Positions 46,347 to 55,179 of a stretch of 64,000 bases of DNA are shown here, piece after piece. Location: contig CAWIPU010000003.1 of the NCBI GenBank assembly GCA_963838115.1, forward strand, positions 26,591 through 90,590, read 5' to 3'. The translations under genes were made by a program, and so were the position numbers. Origin of the DNA: an uncultured Chloroflexia bacterium. Lineage in GTDB: Bacteria > Chloroflexota > Limnocylindria > Limnocylindrales > CSP1-4. The number at the start of each line of letters is the position of its first letter. Position 1 is the first letter of the stretch. The notes beneath the pieces were generated by a model. The model saw only the letters and a list, made by a program, of their open reading frames with translations. It was not told the DNA's origin and did no database searches.

Positions 46347-46886
46347 TCATATGCCCGGCTCGTGCTGTCCCCAGCGCTCCTCGTGGACGACCTCTTGGTA
46401 GCTCTTGCGGCCACCGGACTGCGACGGCCGGGTCAGGTCGTCGGGGTCGGTCGGCCAGCCTAGCGCGATGATGTACTGGCACTGCTTGTCCACCGGCAGC
46501 CCCAGCACGTCCGCTGCCAAGTCGAAGTCATTGACCGTGATGGGGCAGGAGCCGATGCCCATGTCCCATGCCGCCAGCGTGATGTTCTGGGCGGCCCGGC
46601 CCAGGTCCCAGAGCACCGAACGCGCATGCTCGGGCGCGGGTGCATCGACGATCAGCGCGATGGCAGCACCAGCATAGGGCAGGTGCTTGGCGTAGATGGT
46701 CACGCCCGAGAGACGCTTGAGCGACTCGGGGTCGCGGACGGTCACGAAGTCCCAGAGTTGGGTGTTCTTCGAGGACCCTGTCTTGCGTGCCGCATCGGCG
46801 ATGGCGCGCACCTCATCCTCGGTCAAGGGTCGTGGCTCGTAGGCGCGGATGACCCGCAGCGTTCGGATGGCCTTGAGGGTGTCCAT
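46347..46886 (-). CDS. Nitroreductase family protein
   Basis: 'RVIRAY', 'GSSKNTQLWDF', 'DLGRAAQNITLAA..MGIGSC'. Confidence 0.9.
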   Translation of the reverse strand: MDTLKAIRTLRVIRAYEPRPLTEDEVRAIADAARKTGSSKNTQLWDFVTVRDPESLKRLSGVTIYAKHLPYAGAAIALIVDAPAPEHARSVLWDLGRAAQNITLAAWDMGIGSCPITVNDFDLAADVLGLPVDKQCQYIIALGWPTDPDDLTRPSQSGGRKSYQEVVHEERWGQHEPGI

Positions 46887-46926
46887 GGCACGAGTCTATC
46901 TGGCCGCGGGGTCGTAGACTGCGCCG

Positions 46927-47475
46927 ATGCCGACACGATTTGGTTTTCCCGCCGTCATCGAGGTCGTGGTCGAGATCCCGGCCGGGAGCCGCAACAAGTA
47001 CGAGTACGATGAAGAGGCCAAGGTCATCCGGCTCGACCGGGTGTTGTCCTCTGCGGTCTACTACAACTTCGACTACGGTTTCATCGAGGGTACGCGCGCC
47101 GACGACGGTGATCACACCGACGCCATGTTGCTCATCGACGAGCAAACGTTCCCCGGCTGCCACGTTTGGGCGCGCCCGGTGGGAGTGCTGCGGATGGCCG
47201 ACGAGAAGGGTGTCGACTACAAGGTGTTGTGCGTGGCCCTGGCCGACCCCATGTACGCACACCTTGAGGCGTTGCGGCAGGTCTCGCCGCACAAGCTGCT
47301 GGAGATCGAGCAGTTCTTCAACACCTACAAGAACCTTGAGGATAAGTCGGTCCAGATCGACGGCTGGGCCGGTGTGGCGGAGACGCTGGAGATCCTGCGC
47401 ACCGATCGCGGGCGCTGGCTTGCCGAGCAGGAGACCGCGGTCGCCGGCGAGGCCGCAGGCACACCTGAGGCGTAG
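46927..47475 (+). CDS. ppa: Inorganic pyrophosphatase (family I)
   Basis: 'EIPAGSRNKYE', 'YGFI..T.ADDGDHTD', 'DEKGVDYK', 'FFNTYK'. Confidence 0.93.
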   Translation: MPTRFGFPAVIEVVVEIPAGSRNKYEYDEEAKVIRLDRVLSSAVYYNFDYGFIEGTRADDGDHTDAMLLIDEQTFPGCHVWARPVGVLRMADEKGVDYKVLCVALADPMYAHLEALRQVSPHKLLEIEQFFNTYKNLEDKSVQIDGWAGVAETLEILRTDRGRWLAEQETAVAGEAAGTPEA

Positions 47476-47478
47476 GGC

Positions 47479-48804
47479 ATGGCCGCGCGGTTCGAGCTGA
47501 TCGACATCGGCGGCCGTCAGGTCAAGGTCACCAACCCCGACAAGGTCTACTGGCCCGGACCGGGTCACACCAAGATGGACCTGCTGCGCTACTACCTCGC
47601 GGTGGCCGACGGAGCGTTGCGGGGCGCGGGTGGACGGCCCATGGCGCTCAAGCGCTTCGTCGATGGCGCCGCTGGTGACTTCTTCTTCCAGAAGCGCGCA
47701 CCGACCAGCCGGCCCGAATGGATCGACACCGTCCGGCTGGCATTCCCATCAGGTCGCACGGCTGAGGAGGTCGTCCTGCGCGATGCAGCTTCCCTGGCCT
47801 GGGTGGCAAACCTTGGCTGCCTGGATCTCAATCCGCATCCGGTGCGCGCGGAGGACCTTGAGCATCCCGATGAGTTGCGCGTCGACCTGGACCCTGTGCC
47901 CGGCGTGCCCTGGTCGGACGTGCGCGAGGTGGCCATGGTGACGCGCGAGGCGTTGACCTCGGTCGGCCTCGTAGGCTGGCCCAAGACCTCGGGCTCGCGC
48001 GGCGTCCACATCAACGTACGCATCGAGCCGCGCTGGACCTTCCCGGAGGTGCGGCGCGCGGCGCTGGCGCTGGCCCGCGACGTCGAAGCGCGGGCGCCGT
48101 CGATCGCCACCAGCAAGTGGTGGAAGGAGGAGCGCCACGGCGTCTTCCTCGACTACAACCAGAACGCCAAGGACCGCACCGTGGCCTCGGCCTACTCGGT
48201 GCGTCCTCTGCCCGATGCGCGCGTGTCCATGCCGCTGACCTGGGACGAGGTGCCCGACGTGGTCGCTGAGGCGTTCACGCTGGCCACGGTGCCGGCACTG
48301 TTCGCGGCACAGGGCGACCGACATGCCGGTATCGACGAGTCGGTGGGGTCGCTCGAGGACCTGCTGGAGCTGTCTGCTCGGCACGAGGCGGAGGGCATGG
48401 GCGACGCGCCCTGGCCACCGAACTATCGCAAAGGGGCGGACGAGCCGACGCGCGCGCCGCCGTCGAAGCGCCGCCGCGGCAGCGATCCTTCACCTTCCGG
48501 TCGCCGCCGCAGCAGCAAGCCGCTCATCGAGATCGCTCGAGCGCTGAAGAAGGCTGATGCGCTCGCCGGCCTGGAGCGCTGGCAGGCACGCCATCCTGAT
48601 GCGGCGGCACGCCTGGAGCCGGCCGACGTGCTGGTGGACGCCATGCGTGGTCGCTCCACCACCTGGACGCGCATCCGGATCAACCTGGAGCACGTGCCCG
48701 AAGCCCAACGTCCGCCTCAGGAGGCCTTGGATCCCGACGAGGACCCATGGGCGGGGTATCGGGAGCCTCCGCGACCTTCTGAGGAGGCGGGTCAGCGCCC
48801 ATGA
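47479..48804 (+). CDS. LigD-type primase-polymerase (Prim-PolC-like) with C-terminal extension
   Basis: 'TNPDKVYW', 'FFQKR', 'DLDP', 'KTSGSRGVH', 'DYNQNAKDRTVASAYSVR'. Confidence 0.9.
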   Translation: MAARFELIDIGGRQVKVTNPDKVYWPGPGHTKMDLLRYYLAVADGALRGAGGRPMALKRFVDGAAGDFFFQKRAPTSRPEWIDTVRLAFPSGRTAEEVVLRDAASLAWVANLGCLDLNPHPVRAEDLEHPDELRVDLDPVPGVPWSDVREVAMVTREALTSVGLVGWPKTSGSRGVHINVRIEPRWTFPEVRRAALALARDVEARAPSIATSKWWKEERHGVFLDYNQNAKDRTVASAYSVRPLPDARVSMPLTWDEVPDVVAEAFTLATVPALFAAQGDRHAGIDESVGSLEDLLELSARHEAEGMGDAPWPPNYRKGADEPTRAPPSKRRRGSDPSPSGRRRSSKPLIEIARALKKADALAGLERWQARHPDAAARLEPADVLVDAMRGRSTTWTRIRINLEHVPEAQRPPQEALDPDEDPWAGYREPPRPSEEAGQRP

Positions 48805-49030
48805 CATGCAGGACCGCCCGCCATGTCGCGGCCACCACGCCGATGACCGGGACCACCAGGAACATGCCCAGGATGCCTGCCGCCGCCGAGCCGGCCGGGA
48901 TCGCCAACAGCACGATGGCGGGGTGGATGTTGGTGGTCCGCCCGTAGACGACCGGCGCCACGACCTTGCCCTGCACCAGGTTGAAGGTGATGGTCCAGAT
49001 GGCCAGGATCACGATGTCGAACCGGCCATG
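48790..49030 (-). pseudogene. C-terminal fragment of an AI-2E family transporter
   Basis: 'NLVQGKVVAPVVYGRTTNIHPAIVLLAIPAGSAAAGILGMFLVVP' without the N-terminal TM region. Confidence 0.7.
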
Positions 49031-49075
49031 TGCTGCTCTCGCTCGTGCGCCGGACCGGCACACGCCAGTCGAAGG

Positions 49076-49924
49076 TCAGTCGGGGATCCAGTCGAACGTG
49101 TCTGGCTGCGGGCCGACTCGCCCGGCCTCCCCGCGGTCGAGCATCCCCAACGCTGACAGGTCGGCGGTCGTCAACTCGAACGAGAAGACGTCCAGGTTCT
49201 CACGCATCCGGCTCGCGGACATCGTCTTGGGGAACACGACGTCACCCCGTCCTATGTGCCAGCGCAGCACCACCTGGGAAGGCGAGCGACCGAGGCGGCT
49301 AGCGATCTCTACGACGACCGGATCCGCCAGTATCGCTCCCTGCGCCAGGGGCGACCATGCCTCGGTGACGATGCCGTGCGCTGCGCCATAGGCTCGAACC
49401 TCCTCGTTGGGCAGGTACGGATGCACCTCGATCTGGTTGACCGCCGGAGGCGTCGCCGTCTCGGCGGCCAGCCGCTCCAGGTGCGCGATCTGGAAATTGG
49501 AGACGCCGATGGCGCGGGAGCGCCCATCACGCATGAACTCCTGCATGACCTTCCAGGTGGCGACGAAGTCGCCGTCGAAACGCGTGGGCAACGGCCAGTG
49601 GATGAGGAACAGGTCGATATAGACAAGGTCGAGCTCCGACAGCGAGCGCTCGAACGCTCGTCGTGCGTCATCGGGACGGTGCCAGGCGTTATTCAGCTTG
49701 CTGGTCACGAAGACCTGGTCACGTGGGAGCCCGGATGCGCGGATGGCCTCGCCGACGCCACGCTCGTTGCCATACATCTGGGCGGTGTCGATGTGCCGAT
49801 AACCCGCCTCGATGGCGGCGGTCACGACGCTGGCCGTGTCGTCGGGTGGCACAAGGTAGGTCCCGAACCCGAGCTGTGGGATGGCTGTGCCACCGTGGAG
49901 GGGGAGAGAAGGTACAGCGGTCAT
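49076..49924 (-). CDS. Aldo/keto reductase (2,5-DKG reductase-like)
   Basis: 'GYRHIDTAQMYGNE', 'LIHWP', 'IGVSNF', 'NQIE'. Confidence 0.93.
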   Translation of the reverse strand: MTAVPSLPLHGGTAIPQLGFGTYLVPPDDTASVVTAAIEAGYRHIDTAQMYGNERGVGEAIRASGLPRDQVFVTSKLNNAWHRPDDARRAFERSLSELDLVYIDLFLIHWPLPTRFDGDFVATWKVMQEFMRDGRSRAIGVSNFQIAHLERLAAETATPPAVNQIEVHPYLPNEEVRAYGAAHGIVTEAWSPLAQGAILADPVVVEIASRLGRSPSQVVLRWHIGRGDVVFPKTMSASRMRENLDVFSFELTTADLSALGMLDRGEAGRVGPQPDTFDWIPD

Positions 49925-49976
49925 GTGGCCAGCATACCCAGCGAGCGGGCCCACGTGTCCGCGGGCGCACGAAGAA

Positions 49977-50000
49977 CGACCCCCGGGTGCCCGGGGGTCG
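49977..50000 (-). terminator. Rho-independent terminator
   Basis: CGACCCCCGGG/CCCGGGGGTCG stem followed by TTCTT on the minus strand. Confidence 0.7.
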
Positions 50001-50025
50001 CTGCTGCCGTTGGGAGGTGGGCGGT

Positions 50026-51201
50026 CTAGCCCTCGACGCCTCTCCGCCTGAAGTGGCGTCGGCCCACGAACATGGCCAGGAAGATGAGCAGATAGCTCGC
50101 GAGCACGAGGATGCTTGCTCCGAGGGAACCCTCTTCGCCCCTGATGGCCTCCTCGAACCCGACATCGAGCGCCTCGAAGCCGGCGGCGAAGGTGATGATG
50201 CCCAGGCCGACAAGCACACCCAGGAGGCCCATGACGATGCCGAAGGCGCGGCCCCAGCCGCGATGGCCGAAGATGCCGATGGCGCCGACGACCTGGATGA
50301 TGCCGAGGATCAGCGCGATGCCGCCGACGGCCACGATCTGATCGTCCGCCTGTCTCGCCAGATCCATCGCTTCAGCGCTGAGCGTGGTGTCACCGATCAG
50401 GTCGGTGACGCTATTGACCCAGAGGACGAGCGCCCCAAGGACGCCCAGGACGACGCCCCAGGTAAGCATCACCCAGCCCGCGAGAACGGCGAGGAACGAA
50501 CGGCCATACCGGGGGCCATCCGTCTCCCAGGCCTGCGCCTGGCCCGGCCACGGTTCCTGACCCGGTTGGGCATAGGCATAGGGCTGGGGTGCCTGCGGAT
50601 AGCCGCCCTGCTGGTACTGCTGCTGGCCGTACGCCGACTGGTCGTAGTAGCCGGGCTGCTGCCCGTACGCCGACTGGTCGTAGTACTGCGGCTGCTGGTA
50701 CTGCGGCGGATAGCCTGGCTGTTGGCCATAGGCGGCCGGATCGTAGTACTGCGGCTGCTGAGCTTGCGGCTGCTGAGCTTGCGGCTGCTGGTACTGCTGC
50801 TGGCCGTACGCCGACTGATCGTAGTAACCCGGCTGCGGCTGCTGGTACTGCGGTGGCTGCTGATACTGCTGCGGCTGCTGATACTGCTGGCCGGGGTCGG
50901 GCGCGGTCACCTGCTGCTCACTGTAGGTAGCCGACTGCGGCTCGGGGGCCGCGAAGGCTTGGGTGTCGGACGGCGCTGGCTGTTGGCCCTGTGGCGCCGG
51001 CTGTTGCACTGGCTGCGCCGGTTGCGCGTATGCGGTGTCAGCCGACCACGCCGCGTATTCGGCGGAGGTGTCCCCGCCTCCAGCGGCAGCTTGTGGCTGA
51101 TCCTGCCCCGGCGCCTGATTCCAGGCTGATGTCTCGCCGCCGCCGGAATCTGCCGGTGGCTGCGCGCCGGTCGCGCCATCGCGCGGTTGGTTCTGGTCCA
51201 T
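50026..51201 (-). CDS. Membrane protein: long Q/P/Y-rich repeat N-terminus plus about 4 TM helices
   Basis: GGGAGGAG RBS; YYDQSAYGQQ repeats; hydrophobic C-terminal helices. Confidence 0.85.
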   Translation of the reverse strand: MDQNQPRDGATGAQPPADSGGGETSAWNQAPGQDQPQAAAGGGDTSAEYAAWSADTAYAQPAQPVQQPAPQGQQPAPSDTQAFAAPEPQSATYSEQQVTAPDPGQQYQQPQQYQQPPQYQQPQPGYYDQSAYGQQQYQQPQAQQPQAQQPQYYDPAAYGQQPGYPPQYQQPQYYDQSAYGQQPGYYDQSAYGQQQYQQGGYPQAPQPYAYAQPGQEPWPGQAQAWETDGPRYGRSFLAVLAGWVMLTWGVVLGVLGALVLWVNSVTDLIGDTTLSAEAMDLARQADDQIVAVGGIALILGIIQVVGAIGIFGHRGWGRAFGIVMGLLGVLVGLGIITFAAGFEALDVGFEEAIRGEEGSLGASILVLASYLLIFLAMFVGRRHFRRRGVEG

Positions 51202-51268
51202 GAGCTCCTCCCTGAGTAGGCACCCGCAAGTGTACCCGCCTCGAGACCATTAACGAATAGTCACAACC

Positions 51269-52348
51269 TCACTCATCCGCAAAGATATGGCGTATTTCGA
51301 ATGGGACGGTCGTCTCCAACTGATGGTAGCGGCAGTCGGCGGCAGACTTGTCGGGTCGCCAGCGTCGAAACGTGGTGGCATGGCGGAAGCGGTCGCCCTG
51401 CAGGTGATCGTAGGCGACCTCCACCACACGTTCCGGACGAAGGGGCTCCCACGAGAGGTCCCGGCCGCGGTTCCAGCGCGATGTGGCACCGGGCATGCGC
51501 TGGTCGGTCTCCGCTGCAGCCCAGTCAGCCCATGCCCGCCAGGGGTGGTGGTCCAGGGCGTTCTCGCGCAACGACTCGAGCTCTGCGGCCAGCTCGGCGC
51601 GTCGATCCCACTTGAACGATGCCGTGACGCCGACGTGATGCAACACGTCGGCGTCGTCGAACAGACCCAGGATCAGCGAACCCACATGAGTGCCTACGCC
51701 GTTCTTGTGCCAGCGGAAGCCTGCGACCACGCAATCGGCCGTGCGCGCGTGCTTGATCTTGAGCATCCGCCGCTTGCCGGGCGTGTAGGGCGCGGCGGCG
51801 TCCTTGGCGACCACGCCGTCGAGTCCGGCGCCTTCGAATCGGTCGAACCAGTCGGCCGCCTGTGTGCGGTCTCGTGTCATCGGCGTCAGGTGGACAGGCG
51901 AGCGAGTGTCGGCCAGGGCGTTCTCGAGGCGCAGCCTGCGGTCCGCCTGCGGCGTCCTGAGGAGCGAGTCGTCATCCATCGCCAACAGGTCCCAAGCGAC
52001 GTAGGAAGCGGGCGTCTCCGTCGCAAGCATGGCCACCCGCGATGCGGCGGGATGGATGCGCAGGAGAAGCGCGTCGAAGTCCAGCGCTCCGTCACGCGCG
52101 ATGACGATCTCACCATCGACCACGCACCGTGGCGGCAGGTTCGCGCGTAACGGTCCGGCAAGCTCCGGGAAGTAGCGGTCGAGCGGCTTGCGGTCCCGAC
52201 TCTGGATGAGCAGCTCGTCACCGTCGCGAAAGACCAGTGCGCGGAAGCCATCCCACTTGGGTTCGTACAGCCAGCCATCGCCGCTCGGCAGCTCGGCGAC
52301 GGCCTTGGCGAGCATGGGCTCGATGGGCGGCTCGACGGGCAACGGCAT
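51269..52348 (-). CDS. ligC: ATP-dependent DNA ligase (LigC-type)
   Basis: 'PMLAK', KWDG adenylation motif 'YEPKWDGFR', 'DGEIV', 'GLDGVVAK', 'LKIK'. Confidence 0.92.
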   Translation of the reverse strand: MPLPVEPPIEPMLAKAVAELPSGDGWLYEPKWDGFRALVFRDGDELLIQSRDRKPLDRYFPELAGPLRANLPPRCVVDGEIVIARDGALDFDALLLRIHPAASRVAMLATETPASYVAWDLLAMDDDSLLRTPQADRRLRLENALADTRSPVHLTPMTRDRTQAADWFDRFEGAGLDGVVAKDAAAPYTPGKRRMLKIKHARTADCVVAGFRWHKNGVGTHVGSLILGLFDDADVLHHVGVTASFKWDRRAELAAELESLRENALDHHPWRAWADWAAAETDQRMPGATSRWNRGRDLSWEPLRPERVVEVAYDHLQGDRFRHATTFRRWRPDKSAADCRYHQLETTVPFEIRHIFADE

Positions 52349-52406
52349 GGCCGCACGATACTCCGTCGAGGCGGGACCCACAACGCTGCGTGGTAGCCTC
52401 GACGAT

Positions 52407-53138
52407 GTGTCTGCTCCTACCTTTCGAGGCGATCCATACCGCGTCCTCGACGTTCGCCACGACGCGTCTGGCGACGAGATCAAACGACGCTGGCGTGAGC
52501 TTGCCCGGGAGCATCATCCGGATCGTGCGGGAGCCGATGGTGATGAGCGTCTTCGACTGACCACGCGGATGGCTCGGATCAACGCGGCCTATGACGTGCT
52601 GCGAGATCCACTGCGGCGAGCTCGTTTCGACGCCACGCCCCATGCTCGCCGCGAGCGCTATGCTGAGGGTCCCGCTCCTGGCGACCACACGAACGGGCCC
52701 CCGCCCCCGCCACCCTCGCCACCGGTCACCGCGCGTTTCGACACGTCAGCGTCATTCCAGCCGTTGGGTAGCGTCGCAAGGGCGCGCGATCGATCTCGGC
52801 GGCACTCCACTCTGGCGGGCCAGCCTCCGCGGGAGTGGCGTCGCTACCGCCGCGGTCCGGACCTGCGTGCCAGCGCCCCCAACGGTCCCGTACATCGACG
52901 AACGGATCATTCGAGCATCCGAATGCCGAGCCTGGGCGAAGCTCGTGCCACCGTCCTGGGCTTCGGCCGGTTCCACGGCCAGACCCTCGGCGACGTGGCC
53001 GACAAGGAGCCGACCTACATCGACTGGATCGCCTCTACCATCACCCGCGATCGCGACCTGGTCATGCGAGCCCGCGTCATCGCCGGCGACCTTGATGCAC
53101 GTGGGGTCGAGCGTCGGCCGCGTGTCGCCGAGGCGTAG
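52407..53138 (+). CDS. J-domain protein with C-terminal FGxxxG domain
   Basis: 'DPYRVLDV...EIKRRWRELAREHHPD...INAAYDVLRDP' and 'LGFGRFHGQTLGDVADKEPTYIDWI'. Confidence 0.85.
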   Translation: MSAPTFRGDPYRVLDVRHDASGDEIKRRWRELAREHHPDRAGADGDERLRLTTRMARINAAYDVLRDPLRRARFDATPHARRERYAEGPAPGDHTNGPPPPPPSPPVTARFDTSASFQPLGSVARARDRSRRHSTLAGQPPREWRRYRRGPDLRASAPNGPVHRRTDHSSIRMPSLGEARATVLGFGRFHGQTLGDVADKEPTYIDWIASTITRDRDLVMRARVIAGDLDARGVERRPRVAEA

Positions 53139-53160
53139 ACGCAGAAGCATCTGAATTCAG

Positions 53161-53198
53161 TCGAGTCGCCCGGCCTGTCCGCTGGCCTGGCGACTCGA
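53161..53198. terminator. Hairpin downstream of the J-domain gene
   Basis: TCGAGTCGCC...GGCGACTCGA inverted repeat. Confidence 0.55.
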
Positions 53199-53594
53199 TG
53201 TCTGCCGAGATAGATAGATGACCTCGCCGTCGATCCCACCACTGGCGAGACCCGGAGCCAGCCGGTTTACCTGTTACTCGACTCGTGACCCGGAGACGGC
53301 GACCCAGTTTCCGTGTGGCGCAAGACATTTTCGATGCACGGTGTCGATAGCACCACCACGTTGACCTTGTCGGATCGCGGTTCGTCCCGAGCCCGGTAGT
53401 CGACGCCTTCAGGGCCCGTGCCAGCGTCTAGGACGACGGCAAGGCCAACGATAGGGCCATTTGGCCCCTGTCGGCAATGGCAACTTCCTCAGATGGGCCT
53501 ATGACCATCGGACCTGCCTGGTCTGGCAGGGTGGAGTCTCTTGCTCGCGCGATGTGTGATACCGGGGTCAGCCCTCAGCGGCTTGGGGCCCGCG

Positions 53595-54803
53595 CTACAG
53601 CGCCCCGTCCAGGATCGCCGTGAGCTCCTGGTCGGTCAGCTCGATGGGATTGGTGCGCATGGAGCTACCGGGTGAATCGGCCACGATGACCGGGATCTGC
53701 GCCGCGGTCATCTCGAACGCCGACAGTGGCGGCACCCCCAGCGCATCGACCCACTCGTGCAGCGCATCGACCAAACCCACGCGGGCGGCCTCATCACTGA
53801 TGCCATGCGGCAGCTGGGCCAGGATGCGACCCGCCTGAGCGTATTTGGGCAATGCCGGCGAGCTGGGATCTCGCGCTGCCAGCGCCGTGATGTTGGCCTC
53901 GGTGACTTGCCACAGGACAGCCCCGCAGGCCATGCCGTGGGGGATGGACAGCTGGGCTCCAAGGGGGCTGGCGAAGCCGTGGACCGCGCCGAGTCCGGCA
54001 TTGGCGAGGCAGATGCCTGACAGCAACGCCGCGTACGCCATGTGGCTGCGCGCCACGGGGGCAGCGCTGCCATCGGGTTCACCGAACCACGGCAGCAGCC
54101 CTTCGCGAGCGGCGACCATGCCGTCTTGCGCGAGCGCATCGGTCAGCGGCGTAGCCCTTTGTGAGGTGTACGATTCCAGCAGCTGGGTCAGCGCATCAAG
54201 GCCATTGGAGGCGATCAGGGCGGGCGGCGCGCTCTCCAGCAGGTCGGGATCGACCACCGCATCCCGCGGCACCATCGATTCGTCACGGAACGAGCGTTTG
54301 TAGCCCTGCGGTCCGCGCTCGCTGATGACCGCGTTTCGGGTGGCCTCAGACCCGGTACCCGCGGTCGTGGGCACAGCGACCACGGGCACGGCCGGGCCAG
54401 GGTAGGGGAGTCCGCGACCGACGCCTTCGAGGTGGTCCATCAGCTCCGTGTCGGTGCGCAGCAGGCCGGCGATGCCCTTGGCGGTGTCCAGCACGGCGCC
54501 GCCGCCCACGCCGAGGACGACACCGATGTCCTCGCTTCGGAAGCGGGCCACCGGCACCTCGACGTCGCGCGGGCCCGGCTCGCCGGTGACCGAGGTGGAG
54601 CCCGCGAGCGTGACTCCGGCCGCCGCCAGTCCGGCCTCAAGCTGCGCGCGCCGGGGCGAGGCACTGAAGGAGTGGCCGCCGGTGACGAGAAGGACACGAG
54701 AGCCGTGGCTCGCCACGATGGCCGGCACCTGGGAGAAGACGCCGGCTCCGAAGGTGATGCGCGGCAGGCGCCCGAGCGCAAAGGCGGGGACGGCGTCGAC
54801 CAT
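53595..54803 (-). CDS. Iron-containing alcohol dehydrogenase
   Basis: 'GGGAVLDTAK', 'PTTAGTGSEAT', 'DALTQ', 'GAVHG', 'PHG'. Confidence 0.92.
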   Translation of the reverse strand: MVDAVPAFALGRLPRITFGAGVFSQVPAIVASHGSRVLLVTGGHSFSASPRRAQLEAGLAAAGVTLAGSTSVTGEPGPRDVEVPVARFRSEDIGVVLGVGGGAVLDTAKGIAGLLRTDTELMDHLEGVGRGLPYPGPAVPVVAVPTTAGTGSEATRNAVISERGPQGYKRSFRDESMVPRDAVVDPDLLESAPPALIASNGLDALTQLLESYTSQRATPLTDALAQDGMVAAREGLLPWFGEPDGSAAPVARSHMAYAALLSGICLANAGLGAVHGFASPLGAQLSIPHGMACGAVLWQVTEANITALAARDPSSPALPKYAQAGRILAQLPHGISDEAARVGLVDALHEWVDALGVPPLSAFEMTAAQIPVIVADSPGSSMRTNPIELTDQELTAILDGAL

Positions 54804-55111
54804 CAGGTGGCCTTCTGGCTGTCGATGTAGATGCCCGTGTAGAGGTCGCTCCGGCGCTCCCTGGACATCAGCTCGGGTGCCATCTCCTTGAACGCCCGAT
54901 AGTGAGCGGTGGCGCGGTGGGCATCGCGCGCGGCTTCGTCCAGGTAGCACTCCCACAGCATGAACTCGGTGGGGTCGTCGTTGGACTGCGCAACGTCGAA
55001 GCGCAAGCAGCCCGGCTCGGCGATCGAGCCAAGGTAGTTGGCCCTGATCATGGCCTTGAAGTCCTCGACCTTGTCAGGCTTGATGTAGACGTGGACTGCC
55101 GCGATGAACAT
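54803..55111 (-). CDS. ABM-family protein (LsrG-like)
   Basis: 'EPGCLRFDV...F.LWECY...AHRATAHY'. Confidence 0.85.
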   Translation of the reverse strand: MFIAAVHVYIKPDKVEDFKAMIRANYLGSIAEPGCLRFDVAQSNDDPTEFMLWECYLDEAARDAHRATAHYRAFKEMAPELMSRERRSDLYTGIYIDSQKAT

Positions 55112-55179
55112 CGGTCGACCTCCTATGGTCTGGGGCTCGATCGGCGCGGCGCCCCATGGCGCGGCGCCCGATGTTGGCG

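Noticed and set aside
47479-52348. Complete NHEJ system
   Set aside because: No Ku gene or phosphoesterase domain in the window; the pair resembles Prim-PolC/LigC
54803-55111. AI-2 quorum-sensing (lsr) operon
   Set aside because: Only an LsrG-like ABM protein; the nearby kinase has ribulokinase motifs, and no LsrF or LsrR is present
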